DNA from: Klebsormidium nitens
Taxonomy: Eukaryota; Plantae; Klebsormidiophyceae
Length of the DNA stretch: 64,000 nucleotides
NCBI GenBank assembly: GCA_000708835.1
Contig: DF237362.1
Coordinates: forward strand, 18,673-82,672
Direction of reading: 5' to 3'
The position numbers were made by a program, and so were the translations under genes. Shown here piece after piece: positions 1 through 12,000 of the stretch; position 1 is the stretch's first letter, and each line of letters begins with the position of its first letter. The notes under the pieces were generated by a model. It searched no databases, had not been told where the DNA came from, and saw only the letters and a program-made list of their open reading frames with translations.

Positions 1-1
1 T

Positions 2-3000
2 ACGTCCACCCCCCTGCTCGGCGATCAAAGCGCCGCTATGGAGAACGGGCACATCAAGCGACTTCCCGCCGCCATCGGCAGCAAATTCCGGCGGGCGGAG
101 ACTTCTGATTTCTCGGCCGCATTGGAGAAGCTGAAGGACGAAGGGAAGGTGAGAGTGGTGTGAAAAAGAGTCGTACCCTGTGAAATTCTGGTGAGGGTCT
201 ATGTCAAAGGCTGACCCTGCAATAGGAGGGACTCAGGCCGCATGCATGCACCGCAGAATTGGCAGGGTTTGCGAGTAAAGGAAGGGCAGAGTGTAGCTGT
301 GACTTCAGTCCTCGGTGAGCAGGTTGTGATTTCTGAAAGAGATTGCAAATGTGATCAAACGAAGGGCAAGGTACATTCCATCTTTTGAAGATTCAGGACT
401 TCCTCGTTTGACTCTCCCAATCACAACCCTCATTTTTACTTCTTTCTCAAAGTGTAGGTTCCTTGGATACTTTGATCTCAATATTGTGTGGTGTGAATGG
501 CGACCTCGTTGTGTGAAATGAACACCTTGTTGCATGCATTGCGTTCACGTTCAATGCAGCAAACGAACGTGCATCGCAGTAAATGCGCTCTTGGTCCGCC
601 ATAACCCTTGTGCTCTATTTTACAGCTCAAGCAATGGTGGGAATCCTCTGATACCCTCCCGTTTCGACAAGTCAAATGCAATGCAAGCGCCAACGGTAGG
701 AGTGCTCCTGCGCTTATGCACCCCCTCATTCTGTCTGCTGCAGGTGGCCCCCGCCACAATCACTTACGACGCCAACTACCCCCTCCGATACGCCCTCATG
801 TTGGCAGGCACATCTGTCAAGATGTGCCTCAAGAGCTTCACCTTCTGGATGGTCATCCTTGAGAATGTCATCCTCTCATACGTCTACTATGCGATCTGCC
901 ACAACCACGAGAACTTTGATGGCTCGTTTGACACGGGCGGCTGGCCCTACATTACGTCCGCCATCTGGGGCAGCTTTGGTGGTATCGTGACGTTCATGCT
1001 CGTGTTCCACGCCAGCGATTGTTACAGCCGGTAAGGGTCTAATCTTGAATTCACACATGTTTGGGGAATCTGGAGTTGCTAGGTCCTGTCATCAATTACC
1101 ACAAATATGGGAGAAAAAGATGTCCGAAGACGGTTGTCAATTAAAACTTTGATCTCTTGAAAGTGTTGACTTGGACTGGACGTTTGGTACAAAGGCGCTG
1201 CAATGCACAGTGGAACATTGCACGAATTTTAAAGGGCTTGCTTTTGGTTGGCGCCATTATTCACTGATTCTGATTCGCGCGCAGGTTCGCCCAATACTTG
1301 TCAATCAAGCTTGAAGCAGCCAGAGTTTGCTTGAGATAATCTCCGGGCAACCCTAAGTGACAGTTTCTAGGTGCATGCACGCATCTCTTCTTAGAAGGAT
1401 TGATCGCTTTATCACGGCTTTTTGAAGCCACCAGAATGAGGAAGAGTTCTTCAGTGAGTGCCCCTTCGAAAACTTCTCCTTCTGCAGCAACTAGGACCAG
1501 AGTCCGCAATCTCTACTAGTTCCTTGACACAGGGCATCGCCAAATCCTGCAGTTTCCAGAAGCAGTACGACACCGTGCGCGCCATCGAGGGCAGCGTTCA
1601 CACCGTGATGGGCCTCCTGCGCACCCGCATCCCTGACGACGCTTTCCCCGGCGCGAGGACCGTGCGCAACAAGGTGGCCAAGTGGGCCATTGCGCAGACG
1701 TACCTGGGCTTTGGCTGGCTCCCGACCAACCGCGAGAACGGCGTGGATGAGTGGACCTGGGAGCGCGTGGTGAAATGCGGCCTGGTGGGGAATGAGGAGA
1801 TTGAGCATCTGCTGGCGCTGCACCCCGGCGAGTACCCCGTCAGCGAGGTGAGGCTTGGAACCTCAGGGTTTTGACTCTACAGGGTTCAGAATTTTCAGTT
1901 GGGTAAGACTTTTCGAGTTTTAACAGCACGCTCCATACTTCCAGGCTTGTAGCAATCGAAGTTTGAGAGTTCTACCAGTAATGGATAAGGTGCAAGCCTG
2001 GGATGCCTCCCCGACCTTGAGCAGGTCTATTACTTGCAGTTGATGTAATGCGCCTGGTTTTCAGCTCGTTGAAGAAGAACTAGTCTTCTGGGCTTTTTGC
2101 CGTGATGTTCCAGTATATCTTAGTGCCTTTGAGCAGAATAATAAGCTCTGACCTAGTATTCGGGTCGCTCCACACTGTAGCTCGTCCCCATGTTGCATCT
2201 TTTACTCCGTCAGGACAGCAACTATGCCTCCGTTTTCGTCTTCCAGACAGGCATTATCTTGGTCAAAAGCACACACAAAGAAGGCCTCCGCACCTTGGGC
2301 GGGTCCCATTCAGGCAGCTTGAGATGTGCGCCTCTTTTGCTCCTAGCTCCTGAAAACGAATCCTACTCCGGCCTTTATCCTCTCTTGAACTTCTAGAAGT
2401 ACGAAAGCTCACCTACGGTCACGGCGAGACAAGCAGGAGCGGTTGGGATTAAAGGAGCAACGAAGCCAAGAGCAGCCAGATTCGTTCTTCTCAACACGTC
2501 GTAAAGAGCGCACTCGAAAGTGTGATGAAACATGGACAAAACTTACCTAATTTGGGCAACTCTAACCTCTTAGCATTCAAGCTACACAGTACGGAACCAA
2601 TCTCCTCTTCCGTGTGCAGCTCGAGTCGTGCGCCACGCAGTACCTGTGGGCCAATAAGGAGGAGATTGGCGAGGGCACCGTGTGCGAGCTCAGCGCCAAC
2701 ATCAGCGGCATCACCACCGGCTTCAAGTCGCTGTACGGAACCACCGAGATGCCGGTGGGCACAACAAACTTCAAGCCGTCTTGATACCATTTGAGTCCAA
2801 CCCACTGCGCACAATAAACTTCACGCCGGCTTGATACCATTTGAGTCCAACCCACTGCGGTATGGGGTCGTTTTTTGGGGTTCTGAGACAAAAAGACGGT
2901 TAGGTCACGTAGAGGGCATAGCGCAACTTAGAGCTGCCGGCATCAGGTTGGGCGCATTGAGCAATCCCCCCATTGTTGTTTTGTGTAATGCCCTTAAACC

Positions 3001-4665
3001 TTATAAAAAGGCGTCTCTAGGATGACTGACTTGGCGGAGGTTGCAGCGAAGTCACCTGCGAAGCGCGGAAGGGCTGCCTTCGGTCCTTATGGAAGATCCC
3101 TCTTAAACGTGCTCTGCCTAGACGCTGCTTCCACGAAAGTAAATCACTGGCATTTCAGGAGAAAGGCTTCTTATTGTCATAAAAGCCAAGATTTGGCATC
3201 GCTTCGCTTTCGTGCATCCTCAAGGGTCCCTGTCACGCGGATTTTGTAGGCGGACTCCAAATTGAAGCTCGTCCGAGCTTCGAAGATGGAGCGGGCGCGT
3301 TTTCTGTGAAGTTCGTGTTGGGTTCTGGTCTAGTTCAAGAAAATTTTAGCCAGGTTCAAATTTTCCTTCCCGCTCTCATCAAGCTCCTTAACGACCCACG
3401 TCAAGGTCCGCCCGCGACGAAGCCTCTCCATCTTCTCTTTACCAATCTTATCCGCTTCCACAACCGGGTTCTAGACCCGCGAAACTTAAGCAAGATGGTT
3501 TCTTTAAGACATGCGCAGTCCCAAGCCTGACACCACTCTTCCCCCTTCCGCAGGTGCCGTTTGCGCTGTACCACTACATCACGCTGATGAACACGGCGTG
3601 GCTGGTGCTGATCAGCTACATGTTCATCTTCTACTCGCGCTACTGGGGCATCATCGCCACCATTCTCACCGTCCTCGCCTTCCAGGGCCTGCGCGAGATC
3701 GCCAACGTGCTCGCGGAGCCGCTCGGCAACGACGAGACCGATATCCCCGTAAGGCTCGCTCACAAGGGATCTCGTGAAACAGTTTTTGTATCACTCGTAC
3801 AATGCGTTAATTGACTTTGGAGAATTTTGGCAATGCGCCTCACCGCGTTTCGCTTTTGTGGGCGGTTTGGATTTTGCGATTACCAGGCCACCAGGCTTTT
3901 GTTCTCGTCCGCTCCTCTGAAAGCTGCCGGAGGGGAACTACAGAGACATACTCCTACAATGTTGCTCGCCACTTGTTTCGCTCATCATGACAACTCAACG
4001 CGTTCCTCTTAAATTTCCGCTGCTTTCTTCCTTCTTTCTTGCATGGGTACCTCGCTGTACTCTTCTTCGAGAGCCGTAACGAGCTCCTCTCCTGCTTCTC
4101 TATTCTGGTTTCTTCCTTTTCTGGGACCGTATCACAGAGGTGTGGATCCATGTTTTGCCGTTATGGACGTGAGGAGTGGCAAGCTGTGTGATGACGGTGT
4201 CGCGTGATTGCAAGCTTGCCGGAAATCTGGATAAGATGATTGTTTCCTCTACTTGGGAGGCCGTTCGATCATTTGGCAATCCACATCAGAAGTTTATGCA
4301 GGTCTCCACAGGCTGTCTCGTGGGAGTCCTTGTATTAAAACTCGCTTGTCTCCGATAATGACTGCAAAGCAGCTATTATCCAGCGCTTTGCTGTGGTTCT
4401 GAACGACTTACAAATATCGAGAAGCAGCGAATGAGTCGGGCTGAGATGAGCATGCAGCTTTTCACGGCGAAATGCTCCAAGAATAACATACGACGTAGCA
4501 TTCGCTTACGACACTGAGGCACCACGCTTTTGACGAGGCACGTTCCATGCTCACCAGTGCCACGTGTCAAAACCGCAGGTGTTCGACTACGTGGTCCAAT
4601 GGCACACCTCCATGGAGTCCACCATCAATGCGCCAGCGGCCTTTGCAAAGAAGGTCAAAGCCTAG
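2..4665 (+). CDS. Bestrophin-family (PF01062-like) anion channel, 5'-truncated; exons 2-148, 744-1030, 1553-1847, 2620-2754, 3554-3748, 4579-4665
   Basis: All introns are GT-AG and phases are consistent. The protein has hydrophobic TM segments, FMLVFHASDCYSRF (equivalent to the bestrophin 'LVF..N..Y.R' segment) and the acidic cluster EPLGNDETDIP (bestrophin P-x-G-x-D-x-x-D). Stop TAG is at 4663-4665. Confidence 0.8.
2759..2858. repeat. Two-copy ~50-bp tandem duplication at the start of a bestrophin intron
   Basis: gcacaa(c/t)aaacttca(a/c)gccg(t/g)cttgataccatttgagtccaacccactgc occurs twice head-to-tail immediately after the donor at 2755. Confidence 0.9.
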
Positions 4666-6090
4666 GGTGTTCGTGGATGATCCATGGTCCACACGAGGGT
4701 CGTATACGACAGTCTATTTCGGACATTTTGGTGTCGAAACGACAGTAGGTGGTAATGCGTCCATTGGGCGCTTTAGGTGGGTTGGTTTTTTCAAGAGGTC
4801 TCATGTCAAGCGTTGGTAGCTATTGTCCTTTAGCAGTCGATGTCAGGCCTGTAAACATCACTGAGAAAACGGGATATAGCAGACTGCAACAAGTCAACAA
4901 CAACTTGTTATCTTAGTAGACACCGGAAATCTCAACCTGGTCAGCCACTCTTAAGGTGACTGTCTTACCTATACATGGGTCTGAGGGCCAAGTAAGTATC
5001 TGTTTTGACAATTGGGCATGTAAGTTTCTGAGTCAGCTCGCCAGTCCAAGCTGCCTTCAACGTATGTCGCTAGCCTAGTACATGTCTCTGTGTCAACTTG
5101 CCAATTCCTTAGCGTTTACGTCCGGTCCGACTCTAGAGTTATGACGTGCAAGGCCGTCTGTGACTGACGTGTTGAGACTTTGGAAGTGAAAGCCGCTGTA
5201 TCTCCATATGGCACTGCACCACTATGCATTCCACGCAGAGTCGGCTTCATGCGATAGCACATGTGCCAGTTGTTTTAGATAAGTGGGCAGCTCAATACAG
5301 CATGCATTAGTGAATGTTATGTTCTGCAGATCTGCAAAGAATAGTAGTGACCCGGCCCTATAAGTGGAGTAGTGCATGCTCACTGGGTCCGGTCGTCCCC
5401 CCACATGATCGAGTCGCCTACTGCCTATGATGCACATTCTAAGGTGCATGGAGTCGCGGGCTCGGATCGCCCGCGACCTAGCGTTACGGACTACGTCGGG
5501 GGCAGAGGCGTTAGGAGGCCATGATCTAGCGCAAATGCTGGCCGATGATGGCGGCATGGAATAATGGTCTTGATTACCATGCATGCCGCCGACTCATATA
5601 TGTGTACTCAATTCATGACGGCCCAAGTTTCATCATGCTACTACAGTGGGAACTTGAATTGTTATCCCGGAGAATTCGCGGATTCATGCTCCCAAGCTTT
5701 ATAAGTCGGATGTTTGCGCGGCCAGCATGATGGGGCGAACAAATAGTCAATTTTAGCTTGTCTGTTTCATGTGACTGATTTGCTGCAGTTGCTAATAGAG
5801 CATGTATGATATCATCAGTCATAAAAGCCTAGAACTGTCAACCCACGGGCCACGTACGTGTCGACGTCGGCTTGAATTATGCAAGTCAAGCGGATTACGA
5901 CTTAACATTAAGTCTGTTCATGTCCTGTCGAAGATTCAATACGAAAGCAATTTTTTCAAAAATCCTCATCATTGGGTGATATAACTTATGTCTAGCGCCT
6001 CATGTAATACTCATTCAGTCAACCGTTCATTTTTGATTCTCCGACTCTTCAGCAAATAAGTGCGCATCGAGCTCGTCAACATGCGGTGCA

Positions 6091-9000
6091 TCACGTCCAC
6101 CCCAGGTAAGTGTCCAAGAAGGCGACTACGCCTAACGACAGGGGATACAACGCCAGGACCGGTGCGGCGGTCCAGAGGGGAAACGTGGTTCGGGACCCGC
6201 CCAGAGCGCCCACTGCGAAAGTGGTCAGCAGAATGACGGTGACTTCGCTGGAGAAGTTCCACGTCAGCGCGCGGAAGTGGACGAGCGCCAAGAAGATGCC
6301 CAGGCACACCGTGTTGTTCATCGTGATTGCGCCGTATACCTGCGCACGAGAGCAGGCAGCCATCGTGGTCAGGGGAGTACGTTAGCTCGACGTGACCCGC
6401 AGTTGGTTGGAGACTTCGTCAACACACTCGCTTCTGATTTTGTTTCGAATCTGGAAGATGGACTCAGGAGATGGGGAGGCAGGAAGTTCTGCCAACTCCG
6501 AAGTCCCCTGCTCACTTTACACAATACACTTCAGAGGAATGTGTTATGTACGTAAGAGTTCTCTCCTGACTGGACTAGTAGAGTGGAGGGTAGAGTCAAC
6601 GAGGTCACGCGGCTTCAGCTGGTCCAAGCCTTACCACCGAAATGTTTGATATCTGGAACTTTCTTGCCAAGTCCTAAGCTCTCTACGAGAGAAGGTCGTT
6701 TGAGCCAGCAGATCTTGGATCTGGAGGCGCCGGTGTGACTTTTTCCGCTTCTTTGGCCGACAATGAAACTTAGAATACTTCGTCGTTTCCGGCTAAGAGC
6801 CGTGCTGTTCTCTCATATGGACATGAGCAGATGAGAGGACGCAAGAATATGACAGAGTTGATGCCCACCTGACTGTACGTCAAGGAGATGTTCCGCTTCC
6901 GTTTCTTCTTGGCGAACGTGAGCGACGATACCAGCTCGCTGGCGGTGGAGGCGAATGGCGTCACCTGGGAAAGGAGAAGATCGCTTATGAGTTGCATAAA
7001 AGTGTTTGCCTAGTGTGGTGACGAGAAGATTTCGTAAAGTGCTGCATAAGCGACACGCACTTGATCTGGAGGGGTATTGGCAGATTGCTTTGGCCCTACG
7101 CAAGCTACCGAATATAACACCGGTATCAAGCAGAGTATGGTAAGCACCCTAATCAACATAAAGAGACTTTGGACACAAACAATGACTGTCCGAGCTTCAA
7201 CCACGCCAAAGCTTTTGGCGATTGTGAAGGTCCACACCCGTCGGTTGAATCTATCCTGGTGAACCTAACATCCCGAGAAGCCCTCTTGACTCTAAGTACG
7301 TTCCACGCACGCGCAAAAGCGCAAAAGAAGTCCGCGTGTGAAGCGACGGGACGGGATAAAAGGGTCAGAATGGCCCCCCTACAACACGAGGTCGCAAGTG
7401 GCGGTGTGTGCAACGCTTCCTCAGCATAGTATACAGCGAGGCACAGAAAGTGGCGCGCTAATCTGCTCGCATACATATCTCCTGACTAAGACACCTGCCG
7501 TGGTGCCACCCTTTTCAGCAATTTCAGATTCGTCCTTCTTGACTATTCGCTGGATGAAGCCTTCCATGTTCAGAGTGGATAAATCCCTATTCATAATCAC
7601 ATGAAAAATACAGGGCGGAAGTGTCAGCCTTTCTCACCACAAAGGCGACGAAGAATGGCGGTATGTTTGACGCTGCCGAGAAGCTCCCAATTGAGTCGAC
7701 AAGTGGATCCGCAAACACGCCCGCTATGGCTGCGCCCGCTAGCATCAGCCCCGCGGCCTTGCGGTACACCTGACCCGGCGTCAGCTTCTCCTCTCCCCCC
7801 CCCTCCTCCTCCTCGTCTTCGCCACCCCCCATTTCAGTTTGGAGCAGGTCCCACGTCACCTTGGCCTCAGAGGCTTTTGCGGCCTAGAGAGCCGAGTACT
7901 AGAAGTTAGTATGAATTGACTCAGCATCAAGAATGTCACTCTAGTCAGTCCCATCACGGGTTTTCAAGGGGGCACAGATCAAGCTCAACTGCAAGCTTCG
8001 CTGTCTGACCCGCTTCTGAATCCTCTCATTCTAACATACTGCAAGGCGGGTATAGAGAAGAGGCTGCAGACGACTGTGTGCCAATCCTTTGCCAGCTTGA
8101 CCGAGAAGCACTTGAAAGTTGCATCCAATGACGTTCTCAAGCAAAGTCTGAGTGACTCTCAGTTTATTCAGGAGTTTCGTATTTGAAAAAGTGCCCCGGA
8201 GACGAGCCGGGTTAGTTTGGGTGGTCAGGGTGAGTTCGGGTGCGGCGCGCATAGACTTGACGGTTAGGATCCTCGAATTAAGACCCGGTAAACTCGAGTC
8301 CCTGACGGAATGCTTCTCAACTGAATGGCAGTTGCCAGTATCTTAACCAGAGGTCCTTGTGGAAGGACGTTTTGCTACCTCTAGATTCAGCAGCAGCAGC
8401 AGCACTTTGCAAGATGGACGCAACTCACCCAAAACTCTTCGTGCTCTTGCGCTGGCCTGGCAGCGGAGGAAAACGTGGCCCATCTTCGGCTGGCCTTCTG
8501 TGACGCTAGCTTCTTGGCCCACCTGCCAAAGGAAAAGACACCTTAACCAGATACGTAAACTGGTATGATATTCCATCACATTACGGTGTGCTGAGTCCAT
8601 GCCCGAAGGACGGGTGGAATAGTTCCGGGGGTTTAGACTGTGTAAGGGTGCGGACATCTGGACTCTGGATTCAGATGTTTGAATTGTCGAGCCGAGGGAT
8701 CTGATGCAACTCACCGTAGGCCTGATTCAACTTGATACTGAGACGTGTCTCAATAAGTCACTTCTTATGAAAGCTCGCTCCGAGGACGTCAGTAGGTAGC
8801 AGGCCTGCTCAAAGCTGCTCGATCGAAGAGAGATTGAGAAAGACTGCTTCACGTACCTGCCCATCCCCTCCAGAAACTCGTGCTTGGACAGCTTGCCGTC
8901 CTGGTTGACGTCAAAGTCTGCACAGACAATCCAGTGCTGATGTCATTCTCAGTAACCGTGCATACTGCGGCCGACATTGAGCAAGGCCCTGCTCGCTCTT

Positions 9001-12000
9001 TGCTCCGCCTTGAGACATTTTTCTTTTCAAGTAACAAAGGAGCTAGTCGTTGCAACAGATTTTGGCCCTTGCATCCTCTTTGCAAATCTTCCAGAATCAG
9101 CATGTGTCAGCAGCCGCATCATACACACCATGTTTGCGATCATCGACGGCCAAACTCCTTTTGGAAACGCCTTGAGAGATCAAACAGCAATCAGCGAGCA
9201 GGCCAAATCCCGAGGTTTAAACCGCACAGCCTGCCTGACCTTCCATCCAGGTCCGCACTTCCTCTTCTGGGGGCACATCGCCCTCGTATTCAATCCCCAG
9301 GCCCAGCATCAGGCCCTCTAGCTCCTTCCGCTCGAGCAGCCCTGCAGGCAGCACGTGGCAGGCGCTAAGCGAAACACGTGGGAACCTCGTACGGTTTGAA
9401 ATGATGTGCAGCGACTAGCTCGTGTCAATGTGAAAGAGAGATTACCAAAATTCTGCTTTCTTCGAGGGCTGCGACAATGCAAACGGGCTTGAAACGAAGA
9501 GGGTTCCAGCATATACGGTGGCTGGTGATGACGTCATCGAAAGCAAACTTCTGACTGTGGGTTAGGCCAGATCAGGACCCTCAGCAGTGTCGATCGACGT
9601 GCTAAGCAGGACAACATCAGGATGAGCCCCAGGGAGATTCGAACGGCGTCCCTATTGGAGCACCCCTTACAACCCGTCGAGAAAAGCCATTCGTTTTCTA
9701 AGGTGGGCCTAAGAACTGCTATTCCTTGGTCAGCTGGTGCTTCGTCACGAAAGGAACGGGAAAGAGCAGGTGGATGACGCATCAGCATCTTGCAGCAAGA
9801 TTTTCCCCGGCCAACCTGGTTGTGCGCGTCTCACTTCTCCCTGCGCCGCTTACCGTTTTTGTTTCCGTCAAAGTAGGCAAACACTTTCTCTAGTGCCTGT
9901 TGGTTTGGTGTCACGCCGTCACCCCGGAAGAGCCCCCCACGGCCGCCGCCAAAGAGCTTCGAAGCCCGGTTGGACACGCCTTGTAGGGCCCGGGTTCTGT
10001 AAGGCAGAGACTTGCGATTAAACCGCTTCCGTCACCCGTGATTTGAGACCCCAGTTGACCTTGGCTTTGGCTATCGCTCTTGCTTTGGTACAAAGATCTA
10101 CTGTCGTCGCCGGCTGACAAGAAACCCTGATTGTTGTTTCCAATGCATTCCTTCCCCTATTTCCAGGAGACGGCCAGATTTTGCAGGCTCCGAGGGAATA
10201 TCCCGGGCCACGGAGCTAGTTATCCGCTCACTCTGACCTTCATCTACCTACGGGGACTAAATTACTGTCCCGTACTTGAGTTCCTGACCGGTCAAGCTCG
10301 GTCCGGCCGGTGACCATTCCCGCTCTTTCGAAAGAGCCAAAGGAAAACAGCTCAAAAGTCGCGTTTTTGGTATCTCGCTGTCAGACCAGTTTCCAATCTA
10401 ACTAAGCCTAGTGAGGTTCATTCGAGAAACTAAGCGTCTCCTATGCAGACGCTTAGGAACTCTCGGGCCGCCCAGAAAGAGATATACCGCGAAACGAACG
10501 AAAGAGTTGGTAGCTCGGAAGTAGGGGGTGTTGCAAGGTGGCCTGCTTACTGGAGGAAAGTCAGCCGGGCTTGGTCTATCCGCTTTTGTTGGAGCCACGG
10601 GGAGGCCACCTGGCACGAAGACGACGTCAGCATGAATCAGCAACATCTTAGACTTCGCTTTGAATTCTGCATGCTCTAAGTCTGCTTCTTGTAGTACCTA
10701 CGAGATCTGCTTGCTTCCTTGCTATTCCACTTATTTGGCCCACTCCGTATGTCCTTTTGAGGATTGAAAATCTAGCGGGCGGGTGGAATCGTAACAGCAT
10801 TCGCCATCTGCATGATGTAGTTCTGGCCAGAAACGTTGATACGCAGATTGCCACGCTGCATCGATTTCACGAAACATGGGTTAACACTACGCAGCGACAG
10901 CTACGCAATTAAGATGATGGCAAATTTCACTGCGGAATCCAACTTTCCTCGTTCCTCTGGACACGCGAGTTGCTATCTCCAAACTAAGAAAAGATTGGAT
11001 GATGACTCCTCTTCTGCATTTGACAAGCTGCCTCCATAAACACGCCGCCTGTCACCGGACTTGTTTCACGCTGAATTCGGAAGCACTCTATCGGCACGTA
11101 GGATACACCAAGAAGTTGCAACCTGCGGCTTGTACAACGGAAAACTCGTGCACAGGGTTCTTGAAAAGTACAAAAAACGTGACTTTCAGCCAGACCACTT
11201 TCGGTTAAATCCCAGACCTGGTATGCGCAGTAAGCTGCGAGACCCGTGAACGAGATGACGGCTCCGATCGCGGACGCTTCCGGGCCCTGGGCCGGCTGTC
11301 CGTCCAGGAGCGGAATCTGGACGACCGCGAACGGAATGGTGGATGCCATCATGATCCACGCGCCAAACCTGCCGGCAAACAGCGCGTTAGAACGGCATAA
11401 GATGGGAGAAAAGGCTGGCGGTTCTTTAGATGCTCATTCGTGAAACCGGTCAGGTGGTTCATGTTGTACAAAACGCGCACATCCATTGGCGGTTTAACGC
11501 TGGTTTCTTTGTTATAAAATCGCGGACCTAGAAAGGCGGTTGTACGGTACAGGCTTCCGTGTCTGACTGAGGTGGATTTTGCCATGTCGAAGCTTCTTAG
11601 AATCGAAGATGCAGGTCTCTTGCTGCGCGAAACGAATGATCTCGAAGCGAAAGCCGATCTTGAAGCGAAGCCAAGGACCGACCAAATTCGTTGATGGCCG
11701 CTCATTATGCAGCGAAGCGCAGTAGCTGTGTGCTTCGACACCACCTCTCAAACCCTTCCTTGACCTGCATCTCATAGTCGAAGCCCAAACAGAATAGAAG
11801 ATTGTTCTCTAGACGCTTTCCCTCCGCTGCAATGCTCTGTTCGCTTGAATCTCCGACCCGCACGTTTCGATCTCCTTGAATCGAACGAAAAGATTACCAA
11901 AGCACGTCGTCCCCATAGCCGGACTGGATGCCGACCCCATGCAAACTCAGGGCTCTGAAGTATTCTGTCTTGTAGAGAATCGCCATGAAGCAGTCTTTCC

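Noticed and set aside
4900-5950. CATG-rich intergenic tracts (also ~20880-21340, ~51050-51600) as a repeat family or ncRNA
   Set aside because: No alignable shared sequence, TIR or RNA-gene motif could be established by eye.
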